NCBI GenBank assembly: GCA_951406725.2
Contig: OX597833.1
Coordinates: forward strand, 43,586,001-43,650,000
Direction: 5' to 3'
Length of the DNA: 64,000 bases
Source of the DNA: Octopus vulgaris
Taxonomy: Eukaryota
Shown here: positions 41,246 through 53,435 of the stretch, piece after piece
Position numbering within the stretch: the first letter of the stretch is position 1
Layout: each line of letters begins with the position of its first letter
Position numbers and translations under genes: made by a program
The notes under the pieces: generated by a model
Seen by the model: only the letters and a program-made list of their open reading frames with translations
Databases searched by the model: none
Told to the model about the DNA's origin: nothing

Positions 41246-41543
41246 GATTAAGTTAGGATTATTAAGCTAATCAAGTTCTTTATTTCAAACCAAACTAAGT
41301 AACATCGACGTCAAATCTGAGCAAAATCCGTTGAAATTAGTAAACTTTTGGCTGAAAATGAGTTGCAGATAACTTGATTGGGAAATCCCATAAGGAATTG
41401 GTTTATCGATTTTTTTTTTTTTTTTTCGCTTTTGCAATCAGTTTGACTTTTCAGCCCAAATAGGACTTAACCGAACACAACATTGCTGATTCAAAAACAT
41501 CGATATTTATACTTTAAAGTTGGTTTTCACACCTAACTTAATT
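41246..41543. mobile_element. Possible MITE
   Basis: Terminal inverted ATTAAGTTAGG / CCTAACTTAAT; appears to interrupt SINE B-like sequence. Confidence 0.4.
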
Positions 41544-41941
41544 TAGAACGTAGCAACAGATGAAATACTGTTAAGCATTTCACACAGCATGCTAACAATT
41601 ATGCCAGCTCACCACCTTAACAGTAATAATGATGATAATGACAATAATGATGATGATGCTTTCAAATTTTGGCACAAAGCCAGCAATTTTGTGGAGGGGG
41701 TAAGATGATTACATCAACCCCAGTGCTCAACTCATAATAATAATAATAAAAATAATAATACATAGGCAAAATATTAAAATTTTGAAGGAGGTACATAAGC
41801 AATTTAATCAACCCAGTATACTTTAGAGGTACTCTTTTTACAGATCTGGAAAGATGTGAGACAAGGTAAGCCTCAGTGCCATTGAACTTGGAATGAAGAG
41901 AGATTTGGAACAAAGCATTCTGTTCAACCTTCCACCACCAA

Positions 41942-42138
41942 TACTCTTTTACTTGTTTCAGTCATTTGACTGCAGCCATGCTGGAGCACCGCCTTTAGTC
42001 GAGCAAATCGACCCCGGGACTTATTCTTTGTAAGCCCAGTACTTACTCTATCGGTCTCTTTTGCCGAACCGCTAAGTGATGGGGGCGTAAACACACCAGC
42101 ATCGGTTGTCAAGCAATGCTAGGGGGACAAACATACAC

Positions 42139-42179
<41 letters not shown>

Positions 42180-42336
42180 TACGATGGGCTTCTTTCAGTT
42201 TCCGTCTACCAAATCCACTCACAAGGCATTGGTCGGCCCGGGGCTATAGCAGAAGACACTTGCCCAAGGTGCCACGCAGTGGGACTGAACCCGGAACCAT
42301 GTGGTTGGTTAGCAAGCTACTTACCACACAGCCACT
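41942..42336 (-). mobile_element. SINE family A
   Basis: Family match; a partial copy follows at 42626-42862. Confidence 0.9.
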
Positions 42337-43530
42337 AACAAACGTTTAAAAAAAATTTTTTTTTTTTTGGTCTTTGATCAGTAAATGTTATTTCCTATTT
42401 GATTCTATCTAGAAACCAAAGTAAATAATTATTATTCTCTTCTCTGCTTCTGTGATTTGGACATCAATGTTTTGAATCTGACCTATTTTTCATTACATTA
42501 CATTACAGATTCAACATTGAGGTGATGAAGCAGAAATATTGTTATAGCAAATATTCTGTTCAATACCACACATTTGCTTGTTAGTTGCTTGATTGCTTGA
42601 ACATGTCCCATAGTGGCTGACAATATACTCTCTTTTACTTGTTTCAGTCATTTGACTGTGGCCATCCTGGAGCACCGCCTTTTGTAGACCAAATCGACCC
42701 CAGGACTTATCCTTTGTAAGCCTAGTACTTATTCTATCGGTCTCTTTTGCCGAACCGCTAAGTTACGGGGATGTAAACATACCAGCATTGGTTGTCAAGC
42801 GATGAGGGGCAGGGGGCAAACACAGACACAAAAACATATACACACACATACATACATATATATATTGCTCTCTCACTCAATAATAATGGTTTAAAAATAT
42901 GCCACAAAACCAGCAATTTCGGAGTAAGGTAGTGAGTCAATCACACTGACCCCAGTACTCAACTGTCGCTTATTTTATCAACCCCGAAAGGATGACAGGT
43001 AAAGTTGACTGACAGAATTTGAACTCAGTATGTAAAGAAGGACAAAATAATAAGCATTTTGCCTTGTTTTCTAACATTTCAGCCAGCTTGACATAATAAT
43101 AATAATAGTAATAATAATAATAATCCTTTCTACTATAAGTACAAGGTCTGAAATTTGTGAGGAGGGAGTTGATTACAGTGACCTCAGTGCTCAGCTGGTA
43201 CTTAATTTATCGACCCTGAAAAGATGAAAGGTTATGTTGGCCTTGGCAGAATTGGAACCCAAATATCAAAAAACATAACTAAGTACCATAAAACATTTTG
43301 CCCAGTGCCCTGCTATTCACTGTCAGGTGAATCAATCCTAATAACACTTATTTTATTGATATCTGGAGGATGATGATGGGGAGGATTATAAAACAACAAG
43401 GTAATTCAGATGTGGAATTTGAACACAGATGGTAATATGCACTTTAAAACATTTGGGTTGATATGTTTACCAATTATGCTAATCAAAAATAGTTATTCTA
43501 AAATGAAATAAAGATAAGAAATTTATTTAC

Positions 43531-43572
43531 CTGCAGTATTAACAATAGGTGCCTCTGTCGCTGGAATGCGAC
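43531..43572 (-). CDS. IgSF membrane protein, stalk micro-exon (G)RIPATEAPIVNTA
   Basis: Acceptor TTTTTTCTTTAATGTAG, donor CAG|GTAAAT; 42 nt, phase 1-1; Pro/Thr/Ala-rich. Confidence 0.7.
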
Positions 43573-43821
43573 CTACATTAAAGAAAAAACACATGCAGAA
43601 ATCATGCAAGAACCATGCATTATATTTATAGAGGGATCTGACATGCAATAATTTAAGGAGGTGAAGCACAGACTTTGAAATTTTTCTAATTTTTAATAAA
43701 TTTTTAAATTCCAAAATGCATCAAAATTTTATATTTATGTTTCCTATTTTTGATAGCCACCACAAGAGCCCAGTTTTTGTTGTTGGGTGAGAGTTTGTGT
43801 GCCTCAGTGACCCTGAGAAGA

Positions 43822-44071
43822 ATTATACCTACTTCTTTACTACCCACAAGGGGCTAAGGGCTAAACATAGAGGGGACAAACAAGGACAGACAAAGGGATT
43901 AAGTCGATTATATCGACCCCAGTGAGTAACTGGTACTTATTTAATCGACCCTGAAAGGATGAAAGGCAAAGTCGACCTCGGCGGAATTTGAACTCAGAAC
44001 GTAGCGGCAGACGAAATATGGCTACGCATTTCGCCCGGTATGCTAACGTTTCTGCCAGCTCGCCGCCTTAC
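43822..44071 (-). mobile_element. SINE family B with 27-bp target-site duplication
   Basis: TTGTGTGCCTCAGTGACCCTGAGAAGA at 43795-43821 and 44072-44098. Confidence 0.9.
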
Positions 44072-44946
44072 TTGTGTGCCTCAGTGACCCTGAGAAGAGC
44101 TATACCAGCAAAGCACAACCTGCTGGTAGGGCCTCCCACGCCAGACAGGTCAAAGGATAGAGGCCAGACTAATATGGACCAACTCTTCCCAGAGGAAAAA
44201 ACATGTTTGATGTAGGGCCAATGCCTCGACCTAGAAAGAAAGCAATGTTACTGTAGCATTAAAGACAATTCAAAATCAATAAGACCTGGCGGAGAGGAAG
44301 ACAGGCCAAAGTCAAGAATAGTGAAAAAAAATCAGCAATGGTTCGTTCATGTTCTATAGGGAGCAAAGGGCCTAAAATAACTTATATTCATTCAAGTGTG
44401 TGTGTGTGCACGCTCGTGTGTTTGCTTGCACTGGAAGTAGAGCAAAATATGTTCAATTCAAAGTTAGATTTCAAATATAATTTAAAAACAAAAAACAAAT
44501 TGTTTTCTAAAATATTCATTCAAGATTCAAATCGTAGCCATTAAAGAAAAATTTTAACTCACCCCCACCCCCAATATATATCTTCTATAGCCACTTCAGT
44601 TATAAACAATTTTAACAAATTTAACAATTTCAAATTGTAAGCCTGATAAAATTAATGTTGTATATGAGCTGCACAAAGTTTAAAGGGGCATCATATAAGC
44701 AAAAGGTTAGCCCAAAAGTCTGGGCTTTTTGTTGACACTAAATTTTAAGTAATCTAATAACTAGATAACCTTGTCCCATGAAATACTTGACACTTCAACA
44801 TTGTTCAACACGAACTTGCAACAAGAAGTTATATTTTGTGTGCTTGGTATCAACCTAAGAATGGAGAACCAAGATGACTATTATGAACAGTTTGTCTTTT
44901 TATTTTAGAAAAGGCAAGAAAGCAGTGGGAACATGCAGGATGATAT

Positions 44947-45347
44947 ACTCTTTTACTTCTTTCAGTCATTTGACTGCGGCCATGCTGGAGCACTGCCTTT
45001 AATTGAGCAACTCGACCCCGGGACTTATTCTTTTGTAAGCCCAGTACTTATTCTATCGGTCTCTTTTGCCGAACCGCTAAGTAATGGGGACATAAACACA
45101 CCAGCATCGGTTGTCAAGCAATGCTAGGGGGACAAACAGAGACACACAAACACACACACACGCATACATATATATTCATATATACGACGGGATTCTTTCA
45201 GTTTCCGTCTACCAATCCACTCACAAGGCTTTGGTCGGCCCGAAGGCTATAGTAGAAGATACTTGCCCAAGGTGCCACGTAGTGGTACTGAACCCGGAAC
45301 CATGTGGTTGGTAGACAAGCTACTTACCACCCAGCAACTCCTGCACT
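44947..45347 (-). mobile_element. SINE family A
   Basis: Family match; inverted head fragment at 45482-45550. Confidence 0.9.
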
Positions 45348-45812
45348 TATAATCTCCATATATATGTGCTATATATGGAGATTATGTGTGCATGTGCCAC
45401 AAGTTGTTTTTCAAGATTCTGATCGCAAAATTTTTCAGTTTTCAATCTGGCCAGCCAACTAAATTTAACAGCAACACCAAAAGGCGCAGGAGTGGCTGTG
45501 TGGTAAGTAGCTTGCTAACCAACCACATGGTTCCGGGTTCAGTCCCACTGCCATCTGGCCATCCTGGAGCACTGCCTTGACCAATGTAAGTCAAAAAATT
45601 GATCCCTGTACTTATGTCTTAAGTCTGGTACTTATGCTATCAGTCTCTGTGCCAAAATGCTAAGTTATGGGGATGTAAACATACTAATACTAGTCATCAA
45701 AGTGAGTGGTAGGAACAGACACACATATACATGATAGGTTTCCATCTCCCAAATTCCTTCAGAATGCATTGATTAGCCTGGTGCTATAGTAGAAAACACC
45801 TGCCTAGAAATC

Positions 45813-46190
45813 ACATGACTGCCAGTCGGGGCGGCGCTGGCAACGGCCACGTTCGGATGGTTCTCTTACGTACCACCAGCACTGGTATCACAGCTGCAAT
45901 TTCCATTGATGTTGATCGATTTCGATTTTCACTTGCCTCAACAGGTCTTCACAAGAAGAGTTTTGTGTCCCAAGAAGGAAAGGTATGCATAGGTAGACTG
46001 GCTACATCCCATGTAGAGGCCACGGGTTATGGTCTCACTTGTCCTGCTGGGTCTTCTCAAGCATAGCATACTTCCAAAGGTCTTGGTCTCTAGTCATTTC
46101 CTCAGTGAGACCTAAAGTTCGAAGGTCGCGCTTCACCACCTCGTCCCAGGTTTTCCTGGGTCTGCCTCTTCCACGGGTTCCCGCAACCGT
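45813..46190 (-). mobile_element. RTE LINE ORF end plus 3' UTR
   Basis: GTRGRGRPRKTWDEVVKRDLRTLGLTEEMTRDQDLWKYAMLEKTQQDK* followed by the family UTR. Confidence 0.85.
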
Positions 46191-46753
46191 CCCTCACATG
46201 TGCATATATATGATGTTTGTGGAGGCATCTATGTCTAAGGTCTGGAAGTAGAAGGTGAGTTGTTCATGTATTCTGTTGAATACATTCATTGTCATCGATA
46301 TGTAATATCACTTCCTCTATTTGTGTTAATTCTTTAAGAGCATCAATAGGGTTTTTATTTCATTATTGTTTGCCAAGCAATCATTTTTCCCAGTCATGTT
46401 GATGAAGTACCAAAGTTGGTTTCTATTCTTTATACTCACCCCAGTGCTTTTTTATTCTTTCTGCTATGCTACGGTCCATTTCCACTATGTAAGCTATGGT
46501 GGTGTTTTTGCATGTACCTTCCATGCATTTCTTATATAAACATTTCTGAGCTTACAATTTATCCTACAATTCATTTCACATATTATGTACAGTAGTCCTT
46601 TTGGAAGATTATGTCTTACTTATCTGTAATCAAATGGATCTGCTACAATTTTCAGATACTTTAAGTTTCGTTTTGTTTTATGATTTCTAGAATTTATATA
46701 CTTGTTTACTATTAGGAGTAGCATCAATCAACATTAATCCTTCGAATTTGTCA

Positions 46754-48080
46754 TATGAGGTGGTATCAAAAAAGTTCCCAGATGAGTTATATTTAATAAA
46801 AAATAACTTATTTACCTTAGTTTTAATATGATCTCCTTTGAAGTAGTCATTTTGCACAGCAATATGCTGGTTCCAGCATTCTTGCCACCTTTGGAATCTG
46901 GCTTGGAAATCATTTTCCATAAAAGAGTCGAAGACCTTATGCAATTGGCTCTTGATCTCAACAACGGTGTTAAAATAGTTACTTTTGAGCAGCATTTTCA
47001 TCTTGGGGAGGAGATGGAAGTCCACAGGTGCTAAATCTGGTGAACAAGATCCGGTGGATAGGATTGGTGCAGAAGCAAAATCATATTGTTTTTGGTGAGA
47101 AACTCATCAGTTAAGAGAACTCAGTGACAGGGTGCACTGTCATCATGAAGAACCTAATTCTTTGCGCTCCACAGATCCAGTTGCTTTTGCTGAATGCCCT
47201 CTCTCAAATACTTCAAAATGTTGCAGTAGAACTCTCAATTGACAGTCTGAGCATGGGGGAATGAATTCTCAATGCACAATACCTGCAGATGTTAAAAAAA
47301 AACAACAAAACAACGAGCATGCTCTTGATCGAGTTGTAGCTCTGTCGTGCCTTCTTCTGTCGCAGTGATGAAGGGCAGTTCCACTGTGACAACTGCTCTT
47401 TCATCTCAGGCTTGTACTCGTAGACCCAACTCTTGTCACCGGTGATAATCCTCGACATGAAGGATGAGTCGTCAGCTGCATGCTGATGGAGATCTCAAAA
47501 GACTGATGCGATGTTCTTTCTGATCAGTGGTCAGCAGGTGGGGGACAAACTTGGCAGAGACATGCTGCATGTTCATTTCAGACATTAGGATAGCCTACAG
47601 AATCCACATGAGAGACCAACAACATCAGGAATGTCACTGATTGTCCTCCTGTGATCCTCATATACAAGCTGATGAATTTTCTCAACATTTCTGGGGATGA
47701 TGCTTGTGGCAGGTTTTCCAGATTGCTCGTCGTCTTCCCAGGACATTCTTTTGCTTCTAAAGCAACTGTGCCACTCAAAACATTGTGTATGACCCATTGT
47801 CTCATTGTTGTAAGCTTGCCAAAGCATGCTCAATGTAGCAGACTTCTGAAGTTTAATGCAAAATTTCACATTGGCTCTTTGTTTCAACTTGCTGTCCATG
47901 ACAAAATCACAGACTTCAGCATACACATGATCACAAAAACAGAAATTTCACAACTTGCAAAGTAAACAGCACACTGCTAAATAAAGGTCACTGCTAGCTC
48001 TCACTGCACACACAACTCTGTGCTGTCATCTGTTGGTGAACTCCAGAACTAGTCCAGAAACTTTTTGATACCACCTCGTA
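46754..48080 (-). mobile_element. Mariner-like transposon, full length but decayed
   Basis: TIRs TATGAGGTGGTATCAAAAAGTT / AACTTTTTGATACCACCTCGTA; ~1.33 kb; peptides QRANVKFC, IITGDKSWVYEY, DFHLLPKMK. Confidence 0.92.
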
Positions 48081-48328
48081 GAAGGAGTTGTTTACCTAAC
48101 CTACTTTCTTATTCTTTTTAATCTAGTCTATGACCTGCTACAGATCTTCAATAACCAGGCAGTAGCTCAAAACACTTTGCAAGAATTCATCAATTGCAAA
48201 ACTTCAAAATTCTATATTACTGGAATATATAGATAGGTTTTTTGTTAGCAAAAATGTGCAAATTATAACAGTTATTATTTCAATCAAATTAGTTCAAAGC
48301 TTAGATACACTGCTTTGAATATGATGGT

Positions 48329-48557
48329 TTAACCCTTTAGCATTAAAACCAGCCATATCCGGCCAAAAATATTCTACCTGTTTTATGTTCAAACTGGCCA
48401 GAACTGGTCTCTCACACCAACCCTACAATATCGTTTTAAAAATTAACAGCTACCTCATCAAAATCTCATAGCTACAAGGTAATGCATGATTCATTCAAAA
48501 CAATGTAGATGAAGAAGCATTAATTTTGGCAGAATAATGCGAACACTAAAGGGTTAA
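48329..48557. mobile_element. TTAA-flanked MITE, family M1
   Basis: TTAA-CCCTTTAG...CTAAAGGG-TTAA; homologous to 442-669. Confidence 0.8.
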
Positions 48558-49657
48558 AGACAATTATTTTTACCCCACACTGATAAAAGGTTGGTTTCTT
48601 ATTTATTACTAATTTAGTTTACATTCTCCTTACATTTGCTATAGTTATCCTTGATTCTTTCTGTAAATTCACTTTATGATTTTCAATTTTGGAGTTGAAC
48701 CCTTTAACTAATTTTCCTAGTTAGTGCAATTTGAATCCTCACAAAAGCAACACTACTTTAAGGTTTGCTATGCTTTGATAAATGGCCTTGAATATTATTT
48801 GTGATGCTGGTTATTTTTGCTGTTTAGCACCAGTTCTGCCATCAAAGATAGTCCATCCATAATCATCTTGTATTTAATTCATGTAAAATAGGATCATATT
48901 ATACAAATGCTCATTGCTTTCTAGATATTGGGGTATAATTTGAGGGGAATTGAGTAGCCCTTTCTAGTACATAAAGTAACCACATAGAGGACACTCTGGG
49001 TGATGGTGGCTGTAGTAAAAATGGTGATGAGGATGATGATGCCAATTGTTTTATAGCTCTATGCTGTTAACTGATTGAGCAGACTTATGACCAAAGGTGT
49101 TCTAGCAATGACATCTCAATAACTTTTTCAGATATAGTGTGGGGAAGATGACATTGTGCAACATATGTTTCCTTTAAGACTAAAAAAGGCATGACCTGAG
49201 TGAGATCTGACTGCTGTTTAAGTAGGCTGAGTGACCACACAAATGTTTCCTTGATAGTGGATGTGATAATGAGGGTGTCGAGGGAGTAAAAATGATGATG
49301 GTGATTAAACATGAATATAAATTTATGTGTACAAATATACCTGTCCATGGAAGTACAGGTATATGCATATGCTTATTCAAGTATGTGCATAAACAGGTAT
49401 TCATGTGCACAGACACATACATACATACATACATACAGAAGCAGATGTTCACACTTGCAAAAAATGACTGCACATACATTTGTAAAAACAAACACACAAA
49501 CATGCATAAACACATGCAAAAGTATAAAAGTACAAAAAATATGGAATCGAACTCGTGTATGCACACATGCATAGTGACAATGTAGGAGCTGCCTGCATCT
49601 ATAAAAAAGAAAATTAGAGTAAACAATGTAAAAGAAAGAAAATTTGTTTGCTTTTAC

Positions 49658-49969
49658 CTGGGATGGAGAATGTATGGGAACGGCTTTCTGAAAATATTGT
49701 ACAGGTGATGGTTGTATTGCTGCTGTCTCTAAGTGTCACATTGTACCTATAATCAGATTTTACTGTAGTATAACAATTGCTACTTTTTGGCACTTGTACT
49801 CTTCTGTCTTCTGATTCTACCCCATCTATATTGTTACCACGATTTACAGTCCATCTGAAGGTGACAGAACTTTCAGATGATGCAACATCTGCATCACATG
49901 TGAAGGTAGATATCTGGTTCTCCTCAGGCGGTGGGAAGGGTTCTCGCAAACTCCTTATAGAAGATTTCA
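49658..49969 (-). CDS. IgSF membrane protein, second Ig domain (C2-like)
   Basis: Acceptor TTTCTTTACAG, donor CAG|GTAAAA; 312 nt, phase 1-1; TFTC...FRW...YNVTLRD..TTITC motifs. Confidence 0.9.
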
Positions 49970-50091
49970 CTGTAAAGAAATGTAAGAAATTATATACCAT
50001 CATCATCATTTTACATATGCTCATCAATCTGGCATGGGTTGGATACTAACATATGTAAATCATAAGACAATAATCCTCACAATATAATATG

Positions 50092-50322
50092 TATTTCCTT
50101 ACTACCCACAAGGGGCTAAACACAGAGGGGACAAACAAGGACAGACAAACAGATTAAGTCGATTACATCGACCCCAGTGAACTGGTACTTAATTTATCGA
50201 CCCCGAAAGGATGAAAGGCAAAGTCGACCTCGGCGGAATTTGAACTCAGAACGTAGCGGCAGACAAAATACCGCTAAGCATTTCGCCCGGCATGCTAACG
50301 TTTCTGCCAGCTCGCTGCCTTA
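50092..50322 (-). mobile_element. SINE family B
   Basis: Family match; flanking AATATAATATG duplication. Confidence 0.9.
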
Positions 50323-50610
50323 TAATATAATATGGTAACACCGACACAATGTTCATACAATATAAAGCTAAAATGTTTGACATCACTCAAACTATCTGAA
50401 ACGCTGTTTTACAATGTGAGCAGCTGCTTCCTAGCTTTCAAATAACTTTATAGGTCCAACCAAGGTGGAACAGAGCTTAAAAGTACATAAACACAAGAAC
50501 GATACATACACACCTAGTCATTTATGTATGATTGTGTACACACACATAGGCATGTGCATGTATGTACATGTGTACTCATATAACACACATGTAAATAGAA
50601 CATGTACATA

Positions 50611-50928
50611 CATCATCATCATCATCATCATTTAGCGTCCGCTTTCCATGCTAGCATGGGTTGGACGGTTCAACTGGGGTCTGGGAAGCCAGAAGGCTGC
50701 ACCAGGCCCAGTCTGATCTGGCAATGTTTCTACGGCTGGATGCCCTTCCTAATGCCAACCACTCTATGAGTGTAGTGGGTGCTTTTTACGTGCCACCGGC
50801 ACAGCTGCCAGATGCGGCTAGCAAACGGCCATGGTCAGATGGTGCTTTTTACATGCCACCGGCACGGGGGCCAGGCGAGGCTGGCAACGGCCATGATCAG
50901 ACGGTGCTTTTTACGTGCCACCAGCACA
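50611..50928 (-). mobile_element. RTE LINE 3' UTR fragment
   Basis: Family match with (GAT)n tail and tandem sub-repeats. Confidence 0.75.
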
Positions 50929-51564
50929 GCTATACACATGTACAATATCTTCAAATAGTATATTAGTGGAAAATCAGTCAAATGTCACCCATTCTTCACT
51001 AATTTACGACCATAGGGCAACTTCAATTCAACAACACAAACTAAGAAATTACTTTGTCAACTTTATTGTTGTTTACAGTGATTAATTGTTTCTCATCCAT
51101 GGTAGCTATTTTCAGTAAGGTAAGCGAGTTATTCACAAGTTGCATTTCTGGGGCTGCCTGACAGGTGACGGTCGTTTAGAAAAAGTGTGAGCTAAAATTA
51201 CGTGCCTTCACTAGTCAGTTAAGGTGAGACAGTGTCATGTGACAACTTGCTGGGGCTGCCTGCTGGAGCCTATGCGACAGGTATTTAAAGGGAAAAATTT
51301 GACAAGACAGTCAGTCACCGGCTGACACTCGCTGACGATACATCGAAGAGGCCAGGGAACAGAAGAAAGAAGACATGCACCCAACACCAGAGCTGAAGAC
51401 ACCTCCAAACGGGGGGGGGGGTGCGCCACATCAAAACGGTAGAGGAGTAGGGGCCGAAACCGGATGTGGTTCCTTCTGATGATGTCTTGAGCTAACTGGA
51501 TCCTATAAAGGAGCTGTTGAGGTAGCAGACCACGAAACACGGTTGTAATTCCTTGGCTACAGAT

Positions 51565-51945
51565 CTTTTATCTTTTGCTTGTTTCTTGTTTCTTCAGAGT
51601 GCAGCCATGCTGAGGCAGTACCTTGAAGAAATCTCAGTACTTATTTCTTTTTCTTAAAGCCCGGTACTTATTCTACTGGTCTCACTTGCCAAACCCCTAA
51701 GCCACAGGAAAGTAAACACACCAACAACAGTTGTCAAGCAATGGTAGAGGGACAAACAGACACACATGCAGACATATATTTACATATACATTGAACTTCT
51801 TTCAGTTTCCCTCTACCAAACCCACTCACAAGCCTTTGGTTGGCCTGAAGCTATACCTCAAGACATTTGCCCCAGGTGCAACACAGTGAGACTGAACCTA
51901 GAAGCATAAGGTTGAGAAGCAAACTTCTTACCACACAGCCACATC
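51565..51945 (-). mobile_element. Older SINE family A copy
   Basis: Diverged full-length match. Confidence 0.8.
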
Positions 51946-52859
51946 TAAAGTTTTGATGACACATATTGATTTAACTCTCCATGTTGTTACTTGTGCTATA
52001 CATAAAGATATAAAGAAAGCTATTTAAGTACCTACAATTGTCAGGTTTCTGAACTTTAAACAGTGAGTCATGTAGCTCTATAATGCTGATAATGAAAATT
52101 TGGTCAATAACTTATGCAGGCTTCAGGTAACTGATAATGGACAGTGATTCCAATAGAATCTCCAAACTAGAAATAAATGTCACTAATGCGATGAAATAAA
52201 CCCATCAATTAAAGTTAACTTAGTGCTAGATGGTGCAGCAAGCAAGCATTATTTTGAAATGTCTATTTCATTATTAGGTAATGTCAATAGATATTTCCTA
52301 GACCTTCAGGTAGGTCTTACCAGGTTGAAGGGTAAGAGACAGATAAAACCTTAACAATAATAAATCAAAGCGTCAGCAGCAGGGCGTGCATTTAGTTATC
52401 AGCAGGACCTAACAGATCAGATTCCTGGCTTTGAACTAGCAGGATGTTATGCAGAGGATCTTGAATACAAGACAATGATTGAGACCATAATATTTCTAGT
52501 TAGATGGAAACTGCAGGACCACATGGAGCAGTACCCTGTGACTCTTATAGTATGTGCAACCCAAAACCCCATATGGAGTGACCTATGGGACAACCTAGAT
52601 AAGATACATGATGAAATTAATGCCTCAGAAGACACCAAAGTGAAACCAATGATTGAACTAGTAATGACCAAATGACCAATAGAGGAAATATCAAGCATGC
52701 ATCAGTCTCTGAATTGGAAATCAAACAAGGCTTTGATGACAATAAAAATTTTCAGACTGGTTTGTCTCGTACTTTTATGCAGCAACCAAAGGACATGGTG
52801 GTGGTGGTGGGGGGGGGGGAAGATTGAATCTAAGGCATTCTTGGTGATTAATAATGCTC

Positions 52860-53190
52860 CACACCACTACAAGTATTGTGACATCTTTCAGAACTACATT
52901 TCTGTCAAAGCAACTTATCTACTACCATACACTGACTTCTCTAAATTCCGTCTTCCAAAATTCACTTGTCTGTGATGAAAAATACTCTTCCACTACTGTT
53001 CTGACCTCATCTACAGAATTTATAATTTTTCTGTCCAAATGATTTTGAGGACTGTGGAATAACTGATAATCAGATGGGGAAATGTCTGGCAAATATGGTG
53101 GGTGGGGCATCGTTTCCCATTCAAAGTGCTCCAACCTTTGGAATGTCTGATTCACAGTATGTGGCCAAGCATTATCCTGATGGAAGAATA
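52860..53190 (-). mobile_element. Mariner transposase C-terminal fragment
   Basis: WETMPHPPYLPDISPSDYQLFHS, matching the HPPYSPDLAPSDYHLF motif. Confidence 0.85.
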
Positions 53191-53244
53191 CCTCTTGTCT
53201 TATTTACATTTGACGGATATTTGTCCACATTTTGTTTGTTGTTA

Positions 53245-53288
53245 ACACAATGTTTTGGCTTATATACTCTCCAGCCTTCATCAGGTGT
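53245..53288 (-). ncRNA. Minimal PLE hammerhead relic (likely inactivated)
   Basis: ACAC CTGATGA A-GGCT..AGCC AAAA CA TT GTGT; restoring two CpG transitions gives CCGAAACGTT-GTGT, the usual minimal PLE hammerhead. Confidence 0.65.
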
Positions 53289-53363
53289 CTTGGGGAAATT
53301 TCGAACCTGGGTTCTCATTCCTAAGGTATTTTTCGATATTATTATTATTATTATTATTATTCA

Positions 53364-53435
53364 GGTCACTGCCTCGAATCAAACTCAGAATCTTGGGGTT
53401 AGTAGCCTGCACTCTTAACCACTAAGCTATATGCC
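53364..53435 (-). other. tRNA-like module (72 nt), not a functional tRNA
   Basis: GGCATATAGCTTAGTGGTTAAGAGTGCAGGCTACTAACCCCAAGATTCTGAGTTTGATTCGAGGCAGTGACC: A box TAGCTTAGTGG, decayed B box GAGTTTGATTC, resembles tRNA-Ile(AAT); acceptor stem does not pair. Confidence 0.65.

Noticed and set aside
51470-51550. Hammerhead candidate CTGATGA...CGAAACACGGTT
   Set aside because: No credible stem I and poor stem II closure
53364-53435. Functional tRNA gene
   Set aside because: Acceptor and T stems do not pair and the B box is mutated; kept only as a tRNA-like module
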